NCBI GenBank assembly: GCA_016180135.1
Contig: JACPBV010000005.1
Coordinates: 802 to 64,801 of the forward strand
Source of the DNA: Candidatus Woesearchaeota archaeon
GTDB lineage: Archaea > Nanobdellota > Nanobdellia > Woesearchaeales > JACPBV01
Length of the DNA: 64,000 nucleotides
Direction: 5' to 3'
Shown here: positions 17,465-26,668 of the stretch, in pieces
How the letters are laid out: each line of letters opens with the position of its first letter
How positions within the stretch are numbered: the stretch's first letter is position 1
The notes under the pieces: generated by a model
What the model was told of the DNA's origin: nothing
What the model saw: the letters and a program-made list of their open reading frames with translations, nothing else
Databases searched by the model: none
Made by a program: the position numbers and the translations under genes

Positions 17465-20453
17465 GAAGGGGCAGGTTTCCCTCTTTATTATTGTAGGATT
17501 GGTCCTCTTGATAGGAGTTTCTATGATCATCCTCTACCAAAATATCAATGAGAAAAAGATTACGCCGGAGGTTGGCAAGGCATCATCATCAGAAGTCCCC
17601 CAATGGGCTGTGCCAGTCAAAGACCTTATGGAAAGCTGCATTGCCTCAATTGCCATTGACGGGCTCAGGAAGATAGGGCAGCATGGGGGATACATCAACC
17701 CAAGAGATTCATTCCTCTCAGGCAGGGCATTTACCTTTGATGATAACCCGACAGAATCGGATTTCTTCCAGCCTTCTGCATTATCCTCCAGCCAGATTGC
17801 TTACTGGTGGTATCTCAAGAGCCCAAATGCATGCATTGACTGCGACCTTTCAACAAATAAGCCAACTCTTGACGAAATAGCGGTCCAGATAAGCAAATAC
17901 GTCAACCAGCGGCTGCACAATTGCACAAAATATATGGAAGATTTTGAGAAACAGGGTTTTGAAGTGGATATTGGAGCCCTGACAACTGCAACATCAATCC
18001 CGGAAAAGGGTGTCGATATTAAGGTGGAAAATCCAATCACTCTAAAAAAAGAAGGAACAACTGCAACAATACCGGAGTTTTCTGTCCACCTTGATCTCAA
18101 TCTTAAAGACATATTTGAGCTCGCCCTGAAGATTATCTTGTTTCAGGCCGATGAGATGGCATTGGAACAGGTGGTGACAACGTTGATCAGCCTTAAAGCT
18201 GGAACTCCAGATTCCTCCCGAATCCCTCCGATGTTTGCCTCTGACAGCAAATCAACCCAGGTGACATGGATCCCGTCAAAGGTTGAAAAGAACTTGAAAG
18301 AAGACATGCTTGCCAGCTATATCCCCTTGATTCAGGTTGACAAGACAAGGGGGGCGAAAAAAATTGCAGTCGCAAACACTCTGGAACAGGGGTTGTATGA
18401 CCTTATCTTTTGGGATGTCCCTATTTTGGGGAATGATGACATCAAAATCAACATGGAGTATAATCCCAAACAAGAAATCTATTTTGATATTACGCCCCAA
18501 AGAGCCGGAATTCTGAAGCCGGAATCTGCCACAAGGGATTCTCCACTGGGAATCACACCTTCAAGAACATTAAACATTTACAATTTCTACTATGACCTCT
18601 CCTTTCCCGTTGTCCTCACCCTTTGGGACAATAATTCTTTGAAGCAGAGCGGAATCCCTGGCTACATTTTCCAGGTTGCGATGGAAGGGAACATCCGGGA
18701 TAACAAAGATCTGCTTCAGTGGCATGAAGGCTCCGGCTCAGTCCAAATTGACAGCAGCAATCTCCAGTTCACCGGAAATATCGGCTCTGCCACTGCCGGA
18801 ACATGTGTCCCTGCTGGAAGCAAATTTCAATGCACCCTTGATGGAAGAGAATATCCAAGAGAGGACCTCTGCACCATCGGATGCAAAATTGACTCTTCAG
18901 TCCAGGGAGATTTTCCCAGCCTGCCATCGCTGGAATGCGATCCGGGCCAGAAAATTTCAGGAGAGCATACGATAAATTTGAAAGATAAAAAGACCAAAGA
19001 GCCAATCGAGGGCGCTTCTATCAGCTATACTTGCGGAAATTCCAGAATTTGTCGCCTTGGCACAACCGACGCTGCTGGCACATTCAAAGGTAAATCTCAA
19101 ATCTGTATAGGTGATGGGATTATTACTGCCGAAAAACCGGATTATATGGCTGCCACCATGGCGGGAATGACAGTAATGCCTGGACAAAGCGTTTCCATCA
19201 ATCTCCAATCGAGAACTTTTGCTGAAAAAGAAGTTGAGGTGGTGTTTATAAACATTTCAAATATGTTTAGGGTAAAAAGGCTGTTAAGCTCTCTCCTCAC
19301 TACAGCGGCATTTTCTATCTACGATGAGGCTGCCTTGAGAGAAAATAACGCCAACAAATTCAACAACGACATCCTTCCTTACATAATGAGAAGCCAGGGG
19401 ATTCTGCCAGCTCTTTTCTTTGAAGCCAATGGCCAGATTGCCAATAAAGTTTGCTATTGTCAGGACATTGCAGGAAAAAAAGATTACAACTGCTTCCAAT
19501 GCCTCCCCGACAATATAAACCCAGCCTTGCTTTCCCAGAAAGACATCCAAAATATTAGGGATTATTTTAAGCTCCCCAATAGTGCAGTATATATTAAGCC
19601 AAGAAGATTTCCAACAGAGCCTATTGTAGAGTATTCTTATTTTCCAGTCCTCTATGGTGCACATTTGAAAATCCTTAGGTTCTTCCATTACAGTGATATG
19701 GATCCGAGGAAAGTCGCCGAATCACTTGGGGAGGTTTATAGTGCATTGCACGAGGTAAACAGCTATATTAAGCAAGTTATGGCAGATCCGAATCTAATTG
19801 GGGAAATCATTGAAAAAAAGTCAAATGGACAAAAAAGGGGATTTACAGGAGATATTCTCCCATCCCAGGAGATTATTGGCCAGATTTCAGCATTAGACCG
19901 GAAAATTCAGCATGAGTTCAGCAATCTTCAGGCAAGATCAAATACAGAAAAAAACCAGGCCTCCAATATTCAGGATTACAGGGCAGCTGCAAAACCTTTT
20001 TCGGGGCCGTTTGAAGGAGTGATCCAGCTCAACAGAATTAAAGAAAGTCCCTCCGAAGGAAATCTTCCACTTCCCTCAGCAATTGTGGGCGATAGTGAAA
20101 ACACCAGGCTTTCCCTTATGCCAGGAAAATATGAAGCCACTATCAATGTTCAGCGGAAAAACCCGGCAGTAATCAGCAGGAATAATCTCCTTGATACGAT
20201 TCGGCTTCCCAGCGGAAGCAATTTCATCGCGGGCCAGGATGTTGAGTATAATCTCCTCGGTGGTGCGCAAATTAGCCAAAGCAATGGGTACTGGAACATT
20301 GGAGAAGATGAACTTGATGGAAGCAGTAAAATAAGATTTTATGCATTTATCACTGACATCCCCGAAAATGCTGAAGATTTCTCGGAAATGGGCAATATTG
20401 GAGATTACTCAAAAAGATATAGATTATATATTGAGCCGGAATTTCTACCATAA
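17448..20453 (+). CDS. large protein with a class III (prepilin-like) signal peptide, module A
   Basis: The N-terminus is 'MRQTGKKGQVSLFIIVGLVLLIGV'. It aligns with the 24539 and 39398 proteins at 'YWWYLKS' and 'FYYDLSFPVVLTLWD'. Confidence 0.8.
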   Translation: MRQTGKKGQVSLFIIVGLVLLIGVSMIILYQNINEKKITPEVGKASSSEVPQWAVPVKDLMESCIASIAIDGLRKIGQHGGYINPRDSFLSGRAFTFDDNPTESDFFQPSALSSSQIAYWWYLKSPNACIDCDLSTNKPTLDEIAVQISKYVNQRLHNCTKYMEDFEKQGFEVDIGALTTATSIPEKGVDIKVENPITLKKEGTTATIPEFSVHLDLNLKDIFELALKIILFQADEMALEQVVTTLISLKAGTPDSSRIPPMFASDSKSTQVTWIPSKVEKNLKEDMLASYIPLIQVDKTRGAKKIAVANTLEQGLYDLIFWDVPILGNDDIKINMEYNPKQEIYFDITPQRAGILKPESATRDSPLGITPSRTLNIYNFYYDLSFPVVLTLWDNNSLKQSGIPGYIFQVAMEGNIRDNKDLLQWHEGSGSVQIDSSNLQFTGNIGSATAGTCVPAGSKFQCTLDGREYPREDLCTIGCKIDSSVQGDFPSLPSLECDPGQKISGEHTINLKDKKTKEPIEGASISYTCGNSRICRLGTTDAAGTFKGKSQICIGDGIITAEKPDYMAATMAGMTVMPGQSVSINLQSRTFAEKEVEVVFINISNMFRVKRLLSSLLTTAAFSIYDEAALRENNANKFNNDILPYIMRSQGILPALFFEANGQIANKVCYCQDIAGKKDYNCFQCLPDNINPALLSQKDIQNIRDYFKLPNSAVYIKPRRFPTEPIVEYSYFPVLYGAHLKILRFFHYSDMDPRKVAESLGEVYSALHEVNSYIKQVMADPNLIGEIIEKKSNGQKRGFTGDILPSQEIIGQISALDRKIQHEFSNLQARSNTEKNQASNIQDYRAAAKPFSGPFEGVIQLNRIKESPSEGNLPLPSAIVGDSENTRLSLMPGKYEATINVQRKNPAVISRNNLLDTIRLPSGSNFIAGQDVEYNLLGGAQISQSNGYWNIGEDELDGSSKIRFYAFITDIPENAEDFSEMGNIGDYSKRYRLYIEPEFLP

Positions 20454-20459
20454 TATGCT

Positions 20460-20525
20460 CCGGTATGTCCTAAGGTTATGCCCGGTATGTCCTAAGGTTA
20501 TGCCCGGTATGTCCTAAGGTTATGA
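20460..20525 (+). repeat. tandem repeat, 3 x 22 nt
   Basis: 'ccggtatgtcctaaggttatgc' repeats perfectly with a 22-nt period, starting 7 nt after the stop of the 17448 gene. Confidence 0.85.
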
Positions 20526-20562
20526 TCCCATATACTCCAATATAATCCAATATAAGTGGCGT

Positions 20563-21861
20563 TTAAGATTCAACTGATGATCCAAAATCCATATTTTTAA
20601 TGTATTCCCTAAACTCCTCCTCTGTCTCAAAGCCCAGCGCAGTCACATTGAACTGCGAAGCATTGATATTTCCGGGATCAAACGTGGAAAGCTGCGAAAG
20701 GGAATCGCAGGACTGCTTCAGGTATCTGTTGGCAAGCTTCCCGCACACGGTGTAATCCCCCTTCGTCACAAACTCCATATAGCACTGGTCCCTTCTGGTT
20801 TCTTTCACGACCTTCTCGCAGATTTTCGCATCCAGCCTGCCGATGGCAAAATCAAAAAAGCAGTCATCCTTGCTCCGCTCGTCAACAACAGGATCGCAGC
20901 CTTCAAGCTTTCCTGACTGGACTGCAGCCTTCGTGAAGCAGGTGTTCTGATACGTCAGTATCTCAATGTCCCTGCACATCCTGGCTGCTTTCTCATAATC
21001 CCTTTTGGCGATATCGCCGATGATATCTATTTTTTCGAAGATTGATTTTTCCCCAAAGGCATCCTCTTCAGCATCGGGGGGAGCATTGGAGGGAGCATCG
21101 CAGTCAGACAGGCAGGTTTCATAATTCTCTGCGGAACTGCAGATCCCGTCCCCGCAGCACGGGTCAATGACCTCATGCCTGCAGCTGAATCCAGTTTCCC
21201 TGCCGCAAGTATCCCTGGTGCATTTGTTCTGGTCATCGCATGTTGCCGGGCACTGCTCCTCAGCGATATTCCTGATCTGCTCCTGCACGCTCTCGATATT
21301 GAAGTTTGCGGTGCTGGTGGACTTTCCGTCAGGATGGAGCGCAGAGACTTTCACATAATAGCTCCCGGGCAAAGCATCCCCGGATAAGGGCAATGTTTTT
21401 TCCCCGGAAAATTTGTCCTTGAGCGCAACTTTCTCCGACCCTGAGCCGATAAGCTCATCCCGAAGGCTGAACAGCTCAAATTTGACCTCGGTGTCTATCA
21501 AAACCCCTTTTTCAGGATTATCGAGGGAATAAAGCACTTTGACAGCATCGCCCGGCTCGAAGCTTGTTCTTGAAAGCGACGCCTTGATGCCTAAGACAAT
21601 CGGCCCTGCCCCCGGAGTTGCAATGAGATAAACCGTAAACCCGCTGCCAAGGAGCAGAACAAAAACAATGGCGATGGCAACAGCCGCCTTTTCTCTGTTA
21701 ACCGGCTTTACCTGCGCAGCAGGCCTGCTGAGCTCCTGATAAGCCCCATCAACAGCCTGGGCAGGATAATGGTATCTGAGCAGATAGTCCCGGATCTGCT
21801 GCCAGCTGTAGCCGGCCCGCAGTTCTTCCCTGATATAGCTGATGAGCGAAGGCGGCGCCAT
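20563..21861 (-). CDS. single-pass membrane protein with an Ig-like and Cys-rich ectodomain
   Basis: It has a cytoplasmic N-terminal helical domain and the TM 'AVAIAIVFVLLLGSGFTVYLIA'. The ectodomain carries a 'CCGDGICSSAENYETCLSDC' module. Confidence 0.65.
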   Translation of the reverse strand: MAPPSLISYIREELRAGYSWQQIRDYLLRYHYPAQAVDGAYQELSRPAAQVKPVNREKAAVAIAIVFVLLLGSGFTVYLIATPGAGPIVLGIKASLSRTSFEPGDAVKVLYSLDNPEKGVLIDTEVKFELFSLRDELIGSGSEKVALKDKFSGEKTLPLSGDALPGSYYVKVSALHPDGKSTSTANFNIESVQEQIRNIAEEQCPATCDDQNKCTRDTCGRETGFSCRHEVIDPCCGDGICSSAENYETCLSDCDAPSNAPPDAEEDAFGEKSIFEKIDIIGDIAKRDYEKAARMCRDIEILTYQNTCFTKAAVQSGKLEGCDPVVDERSKDDCFFDFAIGRLDAKICEKVVKETRRDQCYMEFVTKGDYTVCGKLANRYLKQSCDSLSQLSTFDPGNINASQFNVTALGFETEEEFREYIKNMDFGSSVES

Positions 21862-21862
21862 G

Positions 21863-22033
21863 CTATTTCACCCCTCCCTTCCCACTGCCCATACCAAGCT
21901 CTTTCCTGATGTAGCTTTCCATCTTTGCAGACATATTGATGCAATGCTCTTTGCAATAGTTCCTGAATTCTCCGAACAGTTCTGCATCTATCGTGAAGTT
22001 GAAGCGTTCTTTGGTGATTTTATTTTTTTGCAT
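21863..22033 (-). CDS. ribbon-helix-helix (CopG-like) protein
   Basis: 'ITKERFNFTIDAELFGEFRNYCKEHCINMSAKMESYI' fits a beta-strand plus two-helix pattern. The ORF could extend to 22138, but that extension is made of a 15-nt tandem repeat. Confidence 0.55.
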   Translation of the reverse strand: MQKNKITKERFNFTIDAELFGEFRNYCKEHCINMSAKMESYIRKELGMGSGKGGVK

Positions 22034-22078
22034 TTTAGCCTTGGACAGTTTAGCCTTGGGCAGTTTAGCCTTGGGGTG
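22034..22078. repeat. tandem repeat, 3 x 15 nt
   Basis: 'tttagccttgg(a/g)ca(g)' repeats with a 15-nt period, immediately upstream (minus strand) of the RHH gene ATG at 22033. Confidence 0.75.
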
Positions 22079-22187
22079 TGCAGCCAAAAGCAGGAATACA
22101 CACTTGTAAGTATAAATTAGTATAAATGTATATTCCATTATTTAAAGGTTTTGTATTCTGGCATCAGAGAAAAAGTAGGTATTCAGC

Positions 22188-22222
22188 ATGGCAGAGCCGC
22201 TCCGAGGGGAGCTTAATTCATA
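22188..22222 (+). repeat. solo copy of the right arm of element E1
   Basis: 'atggcagagccgctccgaggggagcttaattcata' matches 4450-4484 at 34 of 35 positions. I saw no matching left arm nearby. Confidence 0.6.
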
Positions 22223-22238
22223 CGAGAAAAAGAAAAGC

Positions 22239-22246
22239 TTTTATAG
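22239..22246 (+). promoter_or_regulatory. archaeal TATA box candidate for the 22276 gene
   Basis: TTTTATAG lies 30 nt upstream of the ATG. Confidence 0.35.
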
Positions 22247-22275
22247 CACCCTGGGCAGAACCCCATTGAAGCATT

Positions 22276-23298
22276 ATGGGAGAACTGTCAAAAAGACTGA
22301 AAAATATATATCGGAATCTTGCTGCATTCTCAGAAATCACCCAAAGGAAATTGATTTTGAAACTTTCCCTCGACAGGCTGTCCAAAAAAAGCTCAACCGG
22401 CTTCCATCAGCAGATTCTCCGCCCTGTTTCCCTTCTTCAGGAAACTCTGGAAAGGAACAGCCAGGCTTACAAAGATTTGGAGGAAGCCCTGACATTTATG
22501 AATAAAAACGGCAGAAAAGTCCAAAATCTTTTTTTCCGTGCGGAATCTCTTGCAAAAACCAGAGGCTCAAAAGGGCTTTACGCCGATGCAATCTCACTGT
22601 GGGAAGCGCTTGGCAAAGTTGAGCCTTTGCTGAGAAACGACGGCTTTTTCGGGAGAAATAAGATATATCGGATTAACCGGAATCTTCTGGAAGCCCTGAA
22701 AGCAAAAAACCTTGAAGGCATCAAGTCTTCCCTTGCAGAAGAAATAAGCCTGCTCCAAAACCTTGATCCCATCCTCCTGAAGATTCTCCCCAAAGCTGTC
22801 CATCTGGAGGATTATTCTCCGCATATCCCGGCAAAAGTCAGGGGAAAAATTCGTCAATTTTTTGGCAGAGCTTCTCCCGCGCTTCTCAGGCTTGTCGGAT
22901 GCATCATGATTTCGCTGTTGGTCATGCAGGCGCAGCCAATTCATGCGGAAGATGCAGCCGTTGCATCAGGCGCAGCCGCAGCATCTGCCGGAACACCTCT
23001 GCCGCCAGGCTCAGCATTTGAGAACGCAAAAAAGATTCTTCTCGAGGCCTTTAAGAAAAATGATCTCCCGCTTGGGCAAAAGAATGCAAGAAAAATCTTT
23101 GAATTCTCATTTAAGGGGCAAAAGCACTACCTCATCTTTACGACCGCCCCAAATCCGACAATGGCGCTTCGTGGGGCAAAAGCGTGGGTAGAGCAAAGGA
23201 TAGAAAAAGACGGCACATCGATGAAAGTGTCGCCAGTTTTTACCGCAACTGCACCTGACGGAACCGAGTTAAACTTTGGCGTTGTATCTCCTTATTAG
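22276..23298 (+). CDS. hypothetical protein with an internal hydrophobic segment
   Basis: A 340-aa ORF. A TATA-like TTTTATAG at 22239-22246 lies 30 nt upstream. No family recognised. Confidence 0.5.
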   Translation: MGELSKRLKNIYRNLAAFSEITQRKLILKLSLDRLSKKSSTGFHQQILRPVSLLQETLERNSQAYKDLEEALTFMNKNGRKVQNLFFRAESLAKTRGSKGLYADAISLWEALGKVEPLLRNDGFFGRNKIYRINRNLLEALKAKNLEGIKSSLAEEISLLQNLDPILLKILPKAVHLEDYSPHIPAKVRGKIRQFFGRASPALLRLVGCIMISLLVMQAQPIHAEDAAVASGAAAASAGTPLPPGSAFENAKKILLEAFKKNDLPLGQKNARKIFEFSFKGQKHYLIFTTAPNPTMALRGAKAWVEQRIEKDGTSMKVSPVFTATAPDGTELNFGVVSPY

Positions 23299-23399
23299 CC
23301 GGATATATTAACCTTCGAAGTTGTATCTTCTGATTAGCCAGAGTTTAGAAGTATTTAGACTGCCTTTTTACAGCAAGGTAAAAACTATTTGGTATCTGT

Positions 23400-24041
23400 T
23401 CAATACGCCACCGAGTGCAGCGTTTTCTGCGCAGCATTCCGGTAATTCTCAAGCAGCTCTCCCCTTAATCCTGAAGGCGCTTTGTTCTTAAGAAGCCTCG
23501 GTGTTCCTATAGTCCATGCATGAACTTCATCCAGAACAACTTTTTGGTTGTATCCCTTTGAAATCATCTCGCTCTTCAGGCTGCCGATGTCATACCTCTT
23601 CAGGATCCTAAGGACTTTTTTCCTATAGCCCGGAACAGTATAGAACAGCGCATGGGCCAATTCGTGCCTCAGCGTGTCCCTGCTGACCCTCCGTGATGCT
23701 GCAACGATATAAAAATCCTTCCTGCTCCTCGGAAAAGCATGCTCCTGGAAAAGATTCAGTACTTTCTTCTCCGCCCTGCTCAGTGGATTGAATTTTCCCT
23801 TGAAGAATGGCAGCAGGATCCTTCCCGGAAAGTTGAAGGCATCCCAGTCATGGTAATAGGAAAAAGAGCCGTGCTGCTCAGCATACCATTTCCTGAACTG
23901 CGGAAGTGAAAAAGTCTTGCCCCTGAACTTGGGGGATTCATAATATTCTTCAAAGCGGAGCATTGTCTTAGAAGCCTCTTTGCTCGACTTGAATTTTAGC
24001 AGGTAGATGCAGTGGTTTATCTTAGTTTTCGTGATATCCAT
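23400..24041 (-). CDS. putative zincin-like metallopeptidase (HEXXH)
   Basis: Contains 'LRHELAHALFY' with a downstream 'EVHAW'. It is a 213-aa cytoplasmic-looking protein. Confidence 0.55.
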   Translation of the reverse strand: MDITKTKINHCIYLLKFKSSKEASKTMLRFEEYYESPKFRGKTFSLPQFRKWYAEQHGSFSYYHDWDAFNFPGRILLPFFKGKFNPLSRAEKKVLNLFQEHAFPRSRKDFYIVAASRRVSRDTLRHELAHALFYTVPGYRKKVLRILKRYDIGSLKSEMISKGYNQKVVLDEVHAWTIGTPRLLKNKAPSGLRGELLENYRNAAQKTLHSVAY

Positions 24042-24300
24042 ACCGACCCCCTAATGCGCTTTGGTTGAAAATCTTTATTTAAATTCTTTTCGTTTTTACA
24101 CCAGAAAAGCCATTATTATGGCTAAATCAAGTATAATCATTGATTTTTACTCATAGATTTGAGTCAAACAACCAAAGCTTATACTTTAAATATCCTTTAA
24201 TTATCCATTATTAAGCATAAATTTCCTCATTTTTATCCAAAAGCTTTATATACAAAGACTTTAAAAGTACTTAATTTAGTATAAACCAGGTCTTAAAAAC

Positions 24301-24465
24301 ATGAGCAAACAAATCAGGATCACTATATCCAATGAGATAGATGACCTGCTTTCTAAGATTGCCAAAAAGCTCGGCAAGAAGAAATCCATGCTTGCAAGGG
24401 AGCTGATGGAGCAGAAGATGTATGACCTCAATGTGATGCAGAAAGAGCTGGAGAATCTGAAATGA
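24301..24465 (+). CDS. ribbon-helix-helix (CopG-like) small protein, not in the supplied ORF track
   Basis: My own translation gives MSKQIRITISNEIDDLLSKIAKKLGKKKSMLARELMEQKMYDLNVMQKELENLK (54 aa). The RHH pattern is clear, and it lies just upstream of module B. Confidence 0.5.
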   Translation: MSKQIRITISNEIDDLLSKIAKKLGKKKSMLARELMEQKMYDLNVMQKELENLK

Positions 24466-24538
24466 TAAGGGAACAGAAGTATTTGGGGGTAAGAGAGAAA
24501 AAAGCATTGCCGCAGCATAGAAGTACGGAGAATCTGAA

Positions 24539-26668
24539 ATGAACAGCCACATTTTGTTTAATGGAAAAAGGGGCCAGCTTACTTTATTCATCGTCATCGG
24601 AGCTGTTCTTCTTATTGGCGGGGCGATTTATTTTTCAGCCCGTGAGCAGGCTGCAAGGCAGGAACTGCAGCCATTTACCCAGTCGCTCATCCAGGAAGTC
24701 CCGTCAGAATTCGCCCCCGTCCAGGCTTTTGTGGACAGATGCCTCGGCCAGACTGCAAGGGAAGGCCTTCAGATCCTGGGCGAGCATGCAGGATTCATCA
24801 GCCTTTTGGAGAACAACATCAACGCACGGGATGATGCGACAAATGCAGACGCAGTCCCTCTGGCCAGAGGCTCTGAATATGCGATACCTTATTGGTGGTA
24901 TCTTAAGTCCGGCAATGGCTGCGCAGCGAATTGCGAGTTTTCTATGGTTCCGGGAAATAAGCTGTTCCTGAGGAAAACGCCGGGAAAAGCCTCTATTGAA
25001 GGCCAGCTGGAAGAATATATCAACGCAAACATCAATGACTGCCTTGCGGATTTCCGGGAGATAAAAGCCCAGGGCTTCAATGTCTCGCCAAAAAGATCAC
25101 CAAGGTCAGCTGTCACTATTTATCTTGGGCAGATGGGCATCAGGCTGGACTTCCCGCTTGAGGTAACCAAAGAGGCAGCAAGAGAGCTCTCAGATTTCTT
25201 GATATCCTTGCCTCTGGATTTCGCAAAAGTATACAACACCGCCTCAAGGCTTGCTGCGATGCAGGCAGATATGAAATTCCTCGAAAAGCACACATTGAAC
25301 CTGATCACTGCTTTTTCCGGGCTTGACAGGAACAAATTGCCGCCATTTGCTGACGTAAGGCCTTCCTTCGGGCCAAAAGTCACCTGGTCAGAATCCCAGT
25401 CCATGGAGCGCTTTAAGAATAATGTTCTTCCCCCCAACATCCAGCTGCTGAAAGTCTTTGGCGCTAAAAATTACGAGCCCTACCCTTTTTTCACAGACCC
25501 TCTGCTGGATTCGCTCTACAACCGGGGCATGCTTATCCCCGGAACAGCAAACTACAGCAGCCTTGAGATAACGTTTGAATACAACCCTTTCTGGAACATC
25601 TACTTTGATATTGACTGCAACGGAGACAGCTGCGAGCCGGAAACATTCCAGGAGAACTTCATCACAGGGATTATCCTCCAGCAGTATAACTTTGTCTATG
25701 ACATCTCTTTTCCCGTCAAGGTCACCATCAGGGATACCGAAGCATTCAACGGCGAAGGGTATCTTTTTACATTCTTCCTCGAAGCAAACATACGGCAGAA
25801 CGATCCGATGCCGTCCGCCTATTCAAGGATTGAGGCGCTGCAGCCGTCGGGAAATTCGCAGTTCTGCGATTCAGACAAAAAAACCTCAGGAGAGATAACG
25901 ATTGAAGCAAAGGATTCTGTCAGCGAACAGCCGATACCTGAAGTTCAGGTCATAATCTCAACAGGGACAGAAAACTGCCTGATAGGAACGACAGATGAAG
26001 AAGGAAAGCTTGTATCCCAATTCCCTGTCGCTTTCGGCCCCGTCGTGAGCTTCACAAAACCGGGCTTTATCGGCTACTCCCAGAGAATTGAGCCGAGAGT
26101 TGACAAAAAGCAGTTTCTCAGCATTGCGCTCAACCCCAAGGTCGCCAAAAGCTTTGAGATCCAGAAACGCCTGAGGACAAGGCAGCCCGGGCAGAAAGAC
26201 TGGGAGATCGGCAGCATCGCAAACCTGTCCAGATACGAAGAGGCAACAATCATTTTGACAAGACTAAGCGGCTTGCAGGAGCAGGATTACACAACCGGAA
26301 GCGCGTATGTTGTGAACCTGACCGAACTTCCAACGATAGATATTGCTCCCGGGAAGTATGAAGTCCGCATCATGCTCCTTGACAGCAGGAACCTCTCAAT
26401 TCCCCAGAAAAAGATCAAAGTCAAAGATGAAAGCTTCACCCTGCCGGAGATCGGCCTTGGCGAGGGCTTCAAGACAGGCGGCGCATTGTATAATTTCACC
26501 TTCACCAAATATAATCTGCAGAAGGATAAGCTTGTCTTTTACGTATTGAATCCGGACATCCTGGCTATCCCTGAGCCGCAGAGGACTTTAGATGACCTTG
26601 ATGAGCTGACAAATGTTGACCAGGCTTCAGCAAGATACTGGGAAAAGCTGACCCAGGGGATACGATGA
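24539..26668 (+). CDS. large protein with a class III (prepilin-like) signal peptide, module B
   Basis: The N-terminus contains 'GKRGQLTLFIVIGAVLLIGG'. It shares 'YWWYLKS' and 'FVYDISFPVKVTIRD' with its paralogs. An ATGA overlap links it to the next gene. Confidence 0.8.
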   Translation: MNSHILFNGKRGQLTLFIVIGAVLLIGGAIYFSAREQAARQELQPFTQSLIQEVPSEFAPVQAFVDRCLGQTAREGLQILGEHAGFISLLENNINARDDATNADAVPLARGSEYAIPYWWYLKSGNGCAANCEFSMVPGNKLFLRKTPGKASIEGQLEEYINANINDCLADFREIKAQGFNVSPKRSPRSAVTIYLGQMGIRLDFPLEVTKEAARELSDFLISLPLDFAKVYNTASRLAAMQADMKFLEKHTLNLITAFSGLDRNKLPPFADVRPSFGPKVTWSESQSMERFKNNVLPPNIQLLKVFGAKNYEPYPFFTDPLLDSLYNRGMLIPGTANYSSLEITFEYNPFWNIYFDIDCNGDSCEPETFQENFITGIILQQYNFVYDISFPVKVTIRDTEAFNGEGYLFTFFLEANIRQNDPMPSAYSRIEALQPSGNSQFCDSDKKTSGEITIEAKDSVSEQPIPEVQVIISTGTENCLIGTTDEEGKLVSQFPVAFGPVVSFTKPGFIGYSQRIEPRVDKKQFLSIALNPKVAKSFEIQKRLRTRQPGQKDWEIGSIANLSRYEEATIILTRLSGLQEQDYTTGSAYVVNLTELPTIDIAPGKYEVRIMLLDSRNLSIPQKKIKVKDESFTLPEIGLGEGFKTGGALYNFTFTKYNLQKDKLVFYVLNPDILAIPEPQRTLDDLDELTNVDQASARYWEKLTQGIR

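Noticed and set aside
20460-20525. A CRISPR array as the explanation for the short perfect repeats here and at 39192-39345, 42040-42102 and 51691-51786.
   Set aside because: The repeats are directly tandem or separated by a single short spacer. They number only two or three units, have no cas genes nearby, and their unit lengths or spacings do not fit a repeat-spacer architecture.
24271-24597. Minus-strand ORFs of 108 and 80 aa upstream of module B.
   Set aside because: They are hydrophobic, low-complexity translations antisense to the well-formed RHH ORF (24301-24465) and to the start of the 24539 gene.
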